Assembly (NCBI GenBank): GCA_963789955.1
Contig: CAWBMV010000037.1
Location: 320,001-384,000 of the forward strand
From: an uncultured Candidatus Rokubacteria bacterium
Lineage (GTDB): Bacteria; Methylomirabilota; Methylomirabilia; Rokubacteriales; CSP1-6
DNA length: 64,000 nucleotides
Reading direction: 5' to 3'
Shown: positions 22,627 to 31,775 of the stretch, in pieces
Layout of the letters: every line of letters begins with the position of its first letter
Position numbering within the stretch: position 1 is the stretch's first letter
Notes under the pieces: model-generated
The model's database searches: none
What the model was told of the DNA's origin: nothing
The model's input: only the letters and a program-made list of their open reading frames with translations
Program-made: the position numbers and the translations under genes

Positions 22627-22999
22627 TCATCGCGGGACCTGGATGACCGTGAACTGCAGCACGCCGTCGGTGATGTGGCCGTCGACCGACAAGGCCTTCC
22701 ACTCTGCCCGATACTGGCCGGCCGCGCAGTGAATAGACCAGCGTGTCCGCGGCGGTCGCGTCGGGGTTCATCAGAAGGACCCGGGCGTTTCGCGGCCCAC
22801 CGACGAGCAGCACCGACGACAGGCGAGCCTCGATGCGGCTGTTGAACTTGAGCACGAGCTGCGGGGGCGCCGGCAGTGACGCGTCGGCCTTTGGGACCGA
22901 ATCGACAAGCAGTGCATGCGCGGACAGCAGCGAGACGGGACCTAGTGCCAGCAAGGGCGCGATCAGAATCCCTCGCGCGACGGCCATCAACGGCTTCAT
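22627..22999 (-). CDS. copC: CopC-family periplasmic copper-binding protein (frameshift near 22725)
   Basis: Signal then HALLVDSVP; LKFNSRIE; shifted frame GQYRAEWKALSVDGHITDGVLQFTV. Confidence 0.85.
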
Positions 23000-23140
23000 G
23001 CGCAGGACCGAGTCCGCGAGAGCTGAAACGGCCGACAGAGCACGAACCCCTCCCTCTGTTCACGCGAAGAAAATGGTGCTTCGGTGTTGCCGTACGCCGC
23101 TCAAGTGCGCGGACGGCGACCGCTGCGAGCTGCTGAGACG

Positions 23141-23710
23141 TCAGGGAACGATCGAGGGAGGAGCGCGTCCCCGCTGGGGACCGAGCGGGCGTGTGTCGGG
23201 CTGGAGCGGATCGACGACCGCGACGCAAGACTCGGTGGCGCCGAGACTTGCAGGGTCCGTATGAGGCGGATCAGCCGTGCCGCTGACGTGCGACGCGACC
23301 GAGGCAACGACGCAGCGCGCCGCGCCCTCGGCGTCACCGAGATGATGAACGGCGTGTACCGCCGTCTCGAAGGCGGCAATCGTGAGCAGCACCGCGAACG
23401 CCATCGCGCCGAGCCGGAGTCGCCGTCGCGGCAGAAGGTTCAGAACGGCAACCGCGAGGCACACCCCGAGGACCGACGTCGCCGCCGGCAGCGCATCGAG
23501 AGGGGCGACGTCCGACGCGCGGACCTCGTAGACGCTCGCGCCAGTCTCCTCGACTGGAGAGATGGGCGCCGGAACAGGGGAACGCGTCGCTACGGCGGGG
23601 GCGAGCGAATCCGGATGGGCCGATGCCGGCACCACGGTGCCAGCGAGCAGCAGCGCGACCGCTGCGATGAGCGTCGCCATCGGCCTGAGCAGGGGCCGTC
23701 GCATCGTCAT
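23141..23710 (-). CDS. Putative metal-sensing RAPP leader protein, copy 2 (intact)
   Basis: Signal ASA|HP, two TM helices around RRRLR, FETAVHAVHHLGD..CVVASVASH, ends RGRAPPSIVP*. Confidence 0.82.
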   Translation of the reverse strand: MTMRRPLLRPMATLIAAVALLLAGTVVPASAHPDSLAPAVATRSPVPAPISPVEETGASVYEVRASDVAPLDALPAATSVLGVCLAVAVLNLLPRRRLRLGAMAFAVLLTIAAFETAVHAVHHLGDAEGAARCVVASVASHVSGTADPPHTDPASLGATESCVAVVDPLQPDTRPLGPQRGRAPPSIVP

Positions 23711-23762
23711 CACGGGCACTGTATCACGGCATCGAAACCTGACCGCCCGCGCGGACCCGACA

Positions 23763-26018
23763 TCACTCGAGCCGCGGGGTGAAGCCCTTGACCGAGGCGT
23801 ACTGGTCCGGCCACGGCAGGTCCCATCCCTGCTCGTACGCGGCGTGCCGCGTCCAGTAGGGATCGTACAGATGACCGCGGGCGAGCACGCAGAGATCCGC
23901 GCGGCCCGCGGCCAGGATGCTGTTCACGTCGTCGTAGGAGGCGATGCCGCCGACGGTCATCGTCGGGATCTCGGCGTCGCAGCGGATGCGGTCGCTGAAC
24001 GGCGTCTGATAGAGCCGGCCGTACTCCGGCTTCTGGTCGGGCACGGTCTGCCCGGTCGACACGGTGACGATGTCGCAGCCGTGCTCGCGGAGCGCGCGCG
24101 CGAAGCCCACCGCTTCGTCGAAGTCGAGCCCACCTTCGGCCCAGTCCGTCGCCGAGATCTTCACCGACATCGGCCGGGCCGATGGCCACACACCGCGAAC
24201 CGCGTCGAACACCTCGAGCGGATAGCGCGCGCGATTCGCCGCCGAGCCCCCGTAGTCGTCGGTCCTCACGTTCGTCAGCGGAGAGATGAAGCTCGCCAGC
24301 AGATACCCGTGGGCCATGTGGAGCTCGAGCATGTCGAAGCCCGCCTGCTCCGCCATGCGGGCGGCACTGACGAACTGCTCGCGCACGCGGCTCATGTCCT
24401 CGCGGTCCATCGCCTTCGGCACCTGGCTGTGGGGATGATACGGGATCGCGGAGGCCGAGATCAGCGGCCAGTTGCCCTCGGCCAGCGGCTCGTCCGCCCC
24501 TTCCCAGAGGCGCCGCGTCGACCCCTTGCGGCCCGCGTGGGCGAGCTGGAGCGCGATCCGCGCCGGGCTCGCCGCGTGAACGAAGTCGACGATGCGCTTC
24601 CAGGCCGCCACGTGCTCGGCTTTGTACATGCCGGTGCAGCCGCGCGTGATCCGGCCATCGCGGCTGACGTCGGTCATCTCCGCGATCACCAGCGCTGCGC
24701 CGCCGACCGCGCGCGAGCCCAGGTTCACGAGATGCCAGTCGCCAGGTGTCCCGTCGTCGGCCGAGTACTGGCACATCGGCGAGACCACGATGCGATTCGT
24801 GAGCAGCATGTCGCGCAAGCGAAACGGCGTGAACATCGGGGGCGGCGGCGGCGAGACGGAAACGGCAACCTGGCTTTGATCCTCGGCTCGCGAGACGAAC
24901 CATCGATCGACCGCGCTGACGAAGCGCGGGTCGCGAAGCTTCAAGTTGTCGTGGGTCACGCGGAAGCTCCGCGTCAGGAGGCTCATCGCGAACTGGAGCG
25001 GCTCGAGGCGGCCGTGGTAGCGCTCGGCCGTCTCGAACCACTCGAGGCTCACCTGCGCGGCGCGCTGGAGACGCTCGACCTCCGGCCGCCGGTCCTCCTC
25101 GTACGCCGCGAGCGCCTTCTCGACCTCGCCGTGGCTCTGAAGCGCCTGCGCGAGCGCGATCGCGTCCTCGAGCGCGAGCTTCGTGCCCGAGCCGATCGAG
25201 AAGTGCGCGGTGTGCGCCGCGTCCCCCACCAGCACGACGTTCCCGTGGCGCCAGCACGCGTTGCGGACCGTCGGGAAGCTGCGCCAGAGGGAGCGGTTCT
25301 TCAGGAGCCGGTGCCCCTGGAGCTCCTGGGCGAAGAGGCGCTCGCAGAAGGCCAGGGTCTGGTCCTCGTCGGCCCGGTCGAGACCGGCGCGGCGCCAGGT
25401 GTCCTCGGTCGTCTCGAGGATGAACGTCGACATCGACGCGTCGTACCGATAGGCGTGCACGCGCCAGAGACCGTGGGGGCTCTCCTTGAACAGAAACGTG
25501 AACGCCGGATACGGAAACGTCGTGCCGAGCCAGACGAACTTGTTGGGTCGCCAGTCGATCTGCGGCCTGAAATGCTCGGCATAGCGGCCGCGGACGACGC
25601 TGTTCACGCCGTCGGCGCCGAGCACGAGGTCGGCGTCGGCGTAGTCACTCGGGTCGCCGACATCACGCTGGAACTCGAGCCTCACGCCGAGCTCGGCGCA
25701 GCGCCGCTGGAGGATGTCGAGCAGGACCTGGCGCGACATCCCGGCGAAGCCGTGGCCGGTCGAGGTCAGCACCTGCCCGCGGTAGTGGATCTCGATGTCG
25801 TCCCAGTGGGCGAAGTGGCTCGTGATCTCGGCGTGGCTCTCGCGATCGGCCGCCGCCACGTGCTCGAGCGTCGCGTCGGAGAACACGACGCCGAATCCGA
25901 AGGTGTCGTCGGGCCGGTTCCGCTCGACGACGGTGACGTCGTGGGCGGGATCCGACTTCTTCATGAGCAGGCTGAAGTAGAGGCCTGCCGGGCCGCCCCC
26001 GATCGAGACGATCCTCAT
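23763..26018 (-). CDS. Bifunctional salicylyl-CoA 5-hydroxylase / anthraniloyl-CoA monooxygenase-reductase
   Basis: N-terminal GGGPAGLY, TFGFGVVFSD, GDAAHTAHFSIGSGTKLA flavin monooxygenase domain fused to an Old Yellow Enzyme domain (VSPMCQYSA, HAGRKGST, HMAHGYLL). Confidence 0.92.
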   Translation of the reverse strand: MRIVSIGGGPAGLYFSLLMKKSDPAHDVTVVERNRPDDTFGFGVVFSDATLEHVAAADRESHAEITSHFAHWDDIEIHYRGQVLTSTGHGFAGMSRQVLLDILQRRCAELGVRLEFQRDVGDPSDYADADLVLGADGVNSVVRGRYAEHFRPQIDWRPNKFVWLGTTFPYPAFTFLFKESPHGLWRVHAYRYDASMSTFILETTEDTWRRAGLDRADEDQTLAFCERLFAQELQGHRLLKNRSLWRSFPTVRNACWRHGNVVLVGDAAHTAHFSIGSGTKLALEDAIALAQALQSHGEVEKALAAYEEDRRPEVERLQRAAQVSLEWFETAERYHGRLEPLQFAMSLLTRSFRVTHDNLKLRDPRFVSAVDRWFVSRAEDQSQVAVSVSPPPPPMFTPFRLRDMLLTNRIVVSPMCQYSADDGTPGDWHLVNLGSRAVGGAALVIAEMTDVSRDGRITRGCTGMYKAEHVAAWKRIVDFVHAASPARIALQLAHAGRKGSTRRLWEGADEPLAEGNWPLISASAIPYHPHSQVPKAMDREDMSRVREQFVSAARMAEQAGFDMLELHMAHGYLLASFISPLTNVRTDDYGGSAANRARYPLEVFDAVRGVWPSARPMSVKISATDWAEGGLDFDEAVGFARALREHGCDIVTVSTGQTVPDQKPEYGRLYQTPFSDRIRCDAEIPTMTVGGIASYDDVNSILAAGRADLCVLARGHLYDPYWTRHAAYEQGWDLPWPDQYASVKGFTPRLE

Positions 26019-26048
26019 CGCCTCGATTCTAAGCCAGCACGCCGATGG

Positions 26049-27274
26049 CTACTTCGGAAGCTTGATCGTCTGCGTCACCGTCTTGAGAACGGGGAACTGC
26101 TCCTCGTGCCAGGCCACTACGAAATCGCCGCCCGGCGCCACGGCCACGTCGGGCGCGTAGGCCTTGATCGCCTGCGGACAGGGACTGGGGCGCGCTGAGC
26201 GTCCGGCCGCCGTCGGTCGAGTAGCGCAGCAGGACACGCCGCCGCACGGCGGTCGCCTCCTCCCACACGATCACGACGCGACCGGTCGGATCCGCGGCGA
26301 GCCGCACCTGGTCGGGGATGGAGCCGGTGCGAGCTATTGAGGCGCGACGGGCGACCAGAATTGAGGTCGTCGCCGGCGGCGGCAAACAGCATGCGCGGCT
26401 GCCCGTCCGCCGTCTCGGTGTACCAGGCGAGGTAGACGCGCCCGCGATCGTCCATGGCGACGCTGCCGCCGCGATGCGGGCAGGCGTTGATCTTCCAGCG
26501 ATCGGCGTGGACGAGTCCGGCCGGCGCGAACGATCGCCCGCCGTCGCGCGACAGGCCGACCACCATGTCGCGGATGCTTCCGGGGAACACCTTCCGCCAG
26601 GCCACGGCGACCGTCTCCCTCGGCCCCGCCGCGACGTCGATCCGGCAGCAGACGCACGTTTCGCCCTCGTCGAGCTTCAGCGCCCGCTCGACGCGCGATC
26701 CGCGCTCCGTGACGCGCGCCAGATACGTGCCGGCGGTGCTCGGGCCGTCGCGACTATCGATCCAGGACACGATCACGGTGCCGTCCGGCATCGCGCCGAG
26801 CCCCTCGAACGAGTGCGAGATCGGCCGGTCCTCGTTCACCCGCAGGGGCGCCGTCGAACGTCTCGCCCTCCGTCGAGCGAGCGCGAGAGACGAAGATCCG
26901 AGGCGAAGAGCGCGCCCTCGGGCAGTCGGCTTGCGCGACGACCACGACACGTAGACTTCGTCGTCCGGCCCCAGCGCCAGCCCGGGCGGCTGATGCAGCG
27001 AGTCGACGTCAGACGCCGTCGGGGTTGACGCGCACCGGCTTGGGCTCGCTCCCGGGCCGCGCGACGAACAGATTGTTGTCGTGGCCCTGCTGGGCGAACC
27101 AGGCGAGCACGATCTGGCCGTCCGCGCTGACCGCCAGGGCCGGAGCGGAGACGTGCGCCTCGTGGGCCTTCTCGAAGACCGTCAGCTCCTGGCGCGGACC
27201 GAGCGCCGGGCCGGCGGCCTCGGCGGGCATCGCGCCGAGGACGAGAGCGAGCGCCGCGACGAGGTGATCATCAT
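26049..27274 (-). CDS. BNR-repeat/sialidase-like exported protein (several frameshifts)
   Basis: Asp-box motifs SRDGGRSF and STDGGRT; ETCVCCR and INACPHRGG; stitched from ORFs 27009..27230, 26117..26950, 26029..26385, 26049..26237. Confidence 0.75.
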
Positions 27275-29394
27275 TTGAACCTCCAGCTCACGCCGCCGTA
27301 GAAGGCGCGCCCGTCTCCGGGCTCGAAGTAGCGCCCGTTGGCGTTGTCCACGACCACGGACGAGACGTAGTTCGTAGTTGGCGAGGTTGCGCGCCTCGAA
27401 GAAGACGCTCAGGTTGATGGGCGGCTTGAGATCGAATCCCATCCGGACGTTGCCCAGCGCATAGCTCGGCGTTTTCACGGTGTTCTCGCTGTTGACGAAG
27501 TAGCCGGCCGGCACCCACTCGACGCTCGGCGCGATCCAGAAGCCCGAAAAATGGTCGTAGCGCAGCTCGCCCCGGATGAAGTGCTGGGGCGCGCCCGGAA
27601 TATAGTTGTTGTTGAAGACCGGATCGTCGACGAAGACGAAGCGCGAATAGGTGTAGGCAACCCGCGTGGCCAGGGTATCGCCCATGTCGCCCAGGCCCAT
27701 GCTCTTGGCCGCGTCGCGGACCAGCACGGCGCTGGCGCCGAATTCCACACCCGAGTGCCGCGAGCGATCGATGTTGTTGAAGCGCGGGATCGTGAAGGGC
27801 GCGCCCGGGAACGGCTGGACATTGACGTTCGTGATCTCGTCCCACAGCTCGATGTCGTACAGGGCGACGTCCCAGGTCACGCGATCGGCGAACGTTCCAC
27901 GGGTGCCCACCTCGAACTGCCACGCCTTCTGCGCCTCGAGCTGGCTCAGGTCGCCGCCGATCTGGCCCGGCGCCGTCAGCTCGAGCATGAGCGGTGGCTC
28001 GTACGATTTGCTCGCGTTGCCGAACACCTGGATGGTCGGCGCGACCCTCCAGAGGAAGCCGAACTTCGGGGCGAACGAGAAGAAGTCCACCGAATCGGAC
28101 TGGTTGCCGTCACTCAGAAACCGATCGCGGACTTCACGGGTCGCGTACTGGGCACGGCCGCCGACGACGGCGGTGAAGGTCGGAACGATATCGAACTGGT
28201 CCTCGGCGTACGCGCCCACGTTCGTCGAGATGTTGAACTGATCCTTGGTCTTGGCCCCGCGATGCCCGCTCAGGTTCTGGAGGTTGCACATCGATCTGCC
28301 GGGTGGAGAAGTACTGCAGACCGGCGATGAACCGGTTCCCATGCGAGAACAGCGGCGCCGTCACCGCGTACCGGAGCTCGGTGCCCCAGTTGTACGTGGT
28401 CTGGTCGATGACGGCGAAGCTGAGGGGGTGGTCGAGATCCTGATAGTCCAGCTGAGTTTTCCATTCCAGGATCTGGGTCTGCGCCGAGCGGCGTCCGGAG
28501 CGTCAGGCCGCCGCGGCCGTAATCGTAGTTCCGCTCCTGCCGGAACTGAGCGACGGTCGGGTCTTGCTGCCGCGGATTGCTCAGGAACTCCTGCAAGGTC
28601 AAGGCACCGGGCAGCTCTTCCTCGCTGTGGGTGTACCCGAGATCGAGGCGGATCGTGGTGCCGCCCGGAAACAGGTATCCGAAGGTGGCGAAGGCGCGAC
28701 GGCGCACCTGCTCGCTGTGATCGCGATAGCCGTCGAGCTCGGTGTCGGCGAAGGCCGCGTAGATATCGAAGGGGCCGTAGACCTGGCCCGTCCCGATGTA
28801 GTTCTTCAAGAAGCCGAACGAGCCGGCCTCGCTCCGGATCGCGACCAGGCCCTCGTCGTATCCCGTCTTGCTGACCAGGTTGATCGCGCCGCCGAGCGTA
28901 TACCCGCCAAACTGGAGCGCGTTGGCGCCCTTGTAGATCTCGATGCGCTTGGTCGTCAGGAGCTCGAGGGACTCGAAATCGCTGAACCCATCGGCCTGGC
29001 CGTAGATGAAGCCGTCGATCAGGACGTTGATGCCGCGCAGGTGGAAGTTGTTGCGCAACCCGGAGCCCCGAATCGAGAGCTGGCTCTCGTCGGCGGCGCC
29101 GAAGCGCGGGCGGATCATGACACCCGGGACGAAGTCGAGCACGTCCCTGAGGTTCGCCCCGCGCGTCTGCTCGATCGCCTTCTGATCGACGATGGCGGTG
29201 CCGCCGGGAACGCGCGACAGCTCCTCGCGGGCTTCCTGATCGGTGCGCGTGCGGTCCGCGAGGCACCTCGGGGACTTTCAACCACGACCGGTTCGAGCCG
29301 GGGTGGCGACTGCTGAGCCGGTGGCGCCGTCGGTTGCTGCGCCAGGGCCGGAACGGCGAGGAGCAGGATGAGTATCGAGCACGACGATCCGCAT
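27271..29394 (-). CDS. TonB-dependent outer-membrane receptor (several frameshifts)
   Basis: LEPVVV TonB box, plug LSIRGSG..RGINVLIDG, GGAINLVS, beta-strand pattern, C-terminal PGDGRAFYGGVSWRFK. Confidence 0.88.
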
Positions 29395-29403
29395 GAATGG
29401 CTC

Positions 29404-30178
29404 CTATCGAAGCCGGAATTCCACGGGGAGTAGCACCCACACACCGACCGCTTCCGATCCGCGTCGGCCGGCTCGAAGCGCCAGCGCTTCACGGCCTCGG
29501 CGGCCGCGCTGTCGAGATCGGGATGTCCTGCGGACTCGTGAACGAGTACCTCGCTGACACGTCCGTCGGAGGCGACGTAGACGCGCAGGGTCGTCATGCC
29601 CTGAATCCCGAGGCGCCGCGCGCTGCTCGGGTACGACGGCCGCACCTGATAGCCGCCGCGCGGCAGCGCCGTGCTGGTGATCGCGTCGGAGGGACGCGCC
29701 GCCGCGCTCTGCTGCGGGGCGGAAGCGTCCGTCTTCGCGCTGCCGCGGCCTGGCTCGACCCGACTCGCGGAGGTCTCGTCTCACGCGCGGCCTCGAACGA
29801 CGTCGAGGACGCCGATCCACTGACCGGCTCGCGGGGCGGCGGTGACGGTTCAGCCGCTGGAGCCGGCGGGGCGGAATCCGAGTTTCGACCGTCTGCGGTT
29901 CCGCGATCGGCGCCGGCATCGGCGTCGCGATGGGCTTCGGCAAGGTCAACTCTTCGGGCTTGCCGGCGGCGGCGGCGCGCGGCGCCGGCGGGCCGGCCGC
30001 GGGCTCCTCGAGCGGCCGCGGCGCGTCGACCAGAGTCAGGTCGGCGATCAGGACCGCCGGCATCCTTGGGCGTGACGAGATCACGACCGAGCGCGATCGC
30101 GCCGCCCACGAGTGCGACGTGGAGCAGGCACGAGATGCCGAACGTCGTACAACGGTACAGCGGTATCGCCTTCGCCAT
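29404..30178 (-). CDS. tonB: Energy transducer TonB (several frameshifts)
   Basis: N-terminal SCLLHVAL anchor, Pro/Ala-rich linker, C-terminal PSYPSSARRLGIQG..V..DGRV..LDSAAAEAVKRWRFEPA. Confidence 0.85.
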
Positions 30179-30266
30179 GAGTTCGCGGAATCCGCCTCTC
30201 GAAAAATTGACGGTGGAGTCCAGCGGACCGGAAAGAGTCCGGGCCGCTACCAGCGGGAACGCGAGC

Positions 30267-30785
30267 CTAGGCGGAGATCGGCGGGGCGCGGCCCTGATGG
30301 GCCGAGAGGGACAGCGCGTCGACGGCCGGCTGATGCTGGACGACGAGACGCTCGTACGAGGGCAGAACGAGGTACTCGGGCGTCGTCGCGTCGACCGGCG
30401 TACCGGACAGATGAGCGGACGCGGCCGCGACGTGACACGTCAATCCCGAGCGCAGATCGTCGAGATGACGGAGATCGTTGAGATGATGAACCGAGTGCAC
30501 GCCGTTCTCGAAGGCGAACAGCGCGAGGATCAGCACGATCGCCAGCGCGAGCGCGCGCCGCGGACGCCGCCACGCGACGATCAGCGCCGCCGCGGCGGCG
30601 AGGATGGCCGGCCAGGGCACGGCAGGCGGCGTCGGCGCTGAGGACCAGGTTGCCGTCGACACGGCGACCGTCGGCGCCGGCGTCTGGGCGACGGCCTCGA
30701 ACGCGGGATGCGCCCACGCGGGTCCGCACCAGGACGCGCACGCGACCAATACGAGCGCGGTGATCAGGGTAAAACGGCGAGGCAT
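30267..30785 (-). CDS. Putative metal-sensing RAPP leader protein, copy 3 (intact)
   Basis: Signal AWA|HP, two TM helices around RRPRR, FENGVHSVHHLND..CHVAAASAH, ends QGRAPPISA*. Confidence 0.82.
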   Translation of the reverse strand: MPRRFTLITALVLVACASWCGPAWAHPAFEAVAQTPAPTVAVSTATWSSAPTPPAVPWPAILAAAAALIVAWRRPRRALALAIVLILALFAFENGVHSVHHLNDLRHLDDLRSGLTCHVAAASAHLSGTPVDATTPEYLVLPSYERLVVQHQPAVDALSLSAHQGRAPPISA

Positions 30786-30846
30786 CGGCGACATCCTAGC
30801 ACGGAACCGCGTGGCACCCGCCGGAGCACGGATGGCCCGCAGATTA

Positions 30847-30876
30847 TTGACACGCGGCCGGAGCCTTCGGCATAGT
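30847..30876 (+). promoter_or_regulatory. Candidate sigma70 promoter
   Basis: TTGACA-18 nt-CATAGT, 14 nt upstream of the ATG at 30891. Confidence 0.55.
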
Positions 30877-30890
30877 CGCCGCGGGCGTAT

Positions 30891-31757
30891 ATGGCCAAGA
30901 GCGTCTTTCGCGAGTACGACCAGCAGGCCCTCGACGCCGAGTACAACAATCGCGAGAAGGTCACCGACAGCGCCGACTGGCTCTCACGCTACGCGATCGC
31001 CAGTGCCGAGACCCGCGCCACGCTCGAATGCCGGCTCGATCTCGCCTACGGCGCGCACCCCGGCGAGCGCCTGGACGTCTTCCCCGCCAAGAACGGGCCC
31101 GCGCCGGTGCACGTGTTCGTCCACGGCGGCTACTGGCACCGCCTGGACAAGTCTGATTCGAGCTTCGTCGCGCGCGCATTCCAGCCGTCGGGCGCGGCCG
31201 TCGTCGTCATCAACTACGCGCTGATCCCCACGGTCGACATGGACGAGCTCGTGCGGCAGTGCCGCGCGTCGATCGTCTGGGTGCACCGCCACGCCACCTC
31301 GTTCGGCGGCGATCCGAACCGGATCTTCGTGTCGGGTCACTCCGCCGGCGGGCATCTGGCCGCCATGCTGATGTCGACCGACTGGAGCGCCTTCGCCGGG
31401 CTACCCGCCGACGTCTTCAAGGCCGGCTGCGGCATCAGCGGGCTCTACGATCTCGAGCCGATCCGCCTGTCGTACCTGAACGAGGTCTTGAAGCTCACGC
31501 CCGAGTCGGCGCGCCACCTGAGCCCGGTTCACTGCCCGCCGGCGCGCTCCGGGCCGCTCCTGCTCGCCGTCGGCGGGCTCGAAGGCCCCGAATATCACCG
31601 CCAGGGCGAGGAGCTCGCCGCGGTGTGGCGCACCAAGCGGCTGCCGTGTCAGGCGCTCGACATGCCCGGCCATCATCACTTCTCGATCCTCGCCGAGCTC
31701 GAAGATCCGGGCACCACGTTGAGCCGCCTGCTGCTGCGTCAGATGGGCTTCCGCTGA
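30891..31757 (+). CDS. Alpha/beta hydrolase, arylformamidase (kynurenine formamidase)-like
   Basis: LDAEYN, HGGYW, GHSAGGHL, ISGLYDLEP, HHFS. Confidence 0.85.
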   Translation: MAKSVFREYDQQALDAEYNNREKVTDSADWLSRYAIASAETRATLECRLDLAYGAHPGERLDVFPAKNGPAPVHVFVHGGYWHRLDKSDSSFVARAFQPSGAAVVVINYALIPTVDMDELVRQCRASIVWVHRHATSFGGDPNRIFVSGHSAGGHLAAMLMSTDWSAFAGLPADVFKAGCGISGLYDLEPIRLSYLNEVLKLTPESARHLSPVHCPPARSGPLLLAVGGLEGPEYHRQGEELAAVWRTKRLPCQALDMPGHHHFSILAELEDPGTTLSRLLLRQMGFR

Positions 31758-31775
31758 GGCGTAGAATTCGGTTGA

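Noticed and set aside
23562..26198. Long antisense and alternate-frame ORFs (e.g. 23562..26198+, 32090..34576-, 42259..44160-, 53845..55473+)
   Set aside because: Shadows of real genes caused by high GC and codon bias; Arg/Ala-rich with no family motifs.
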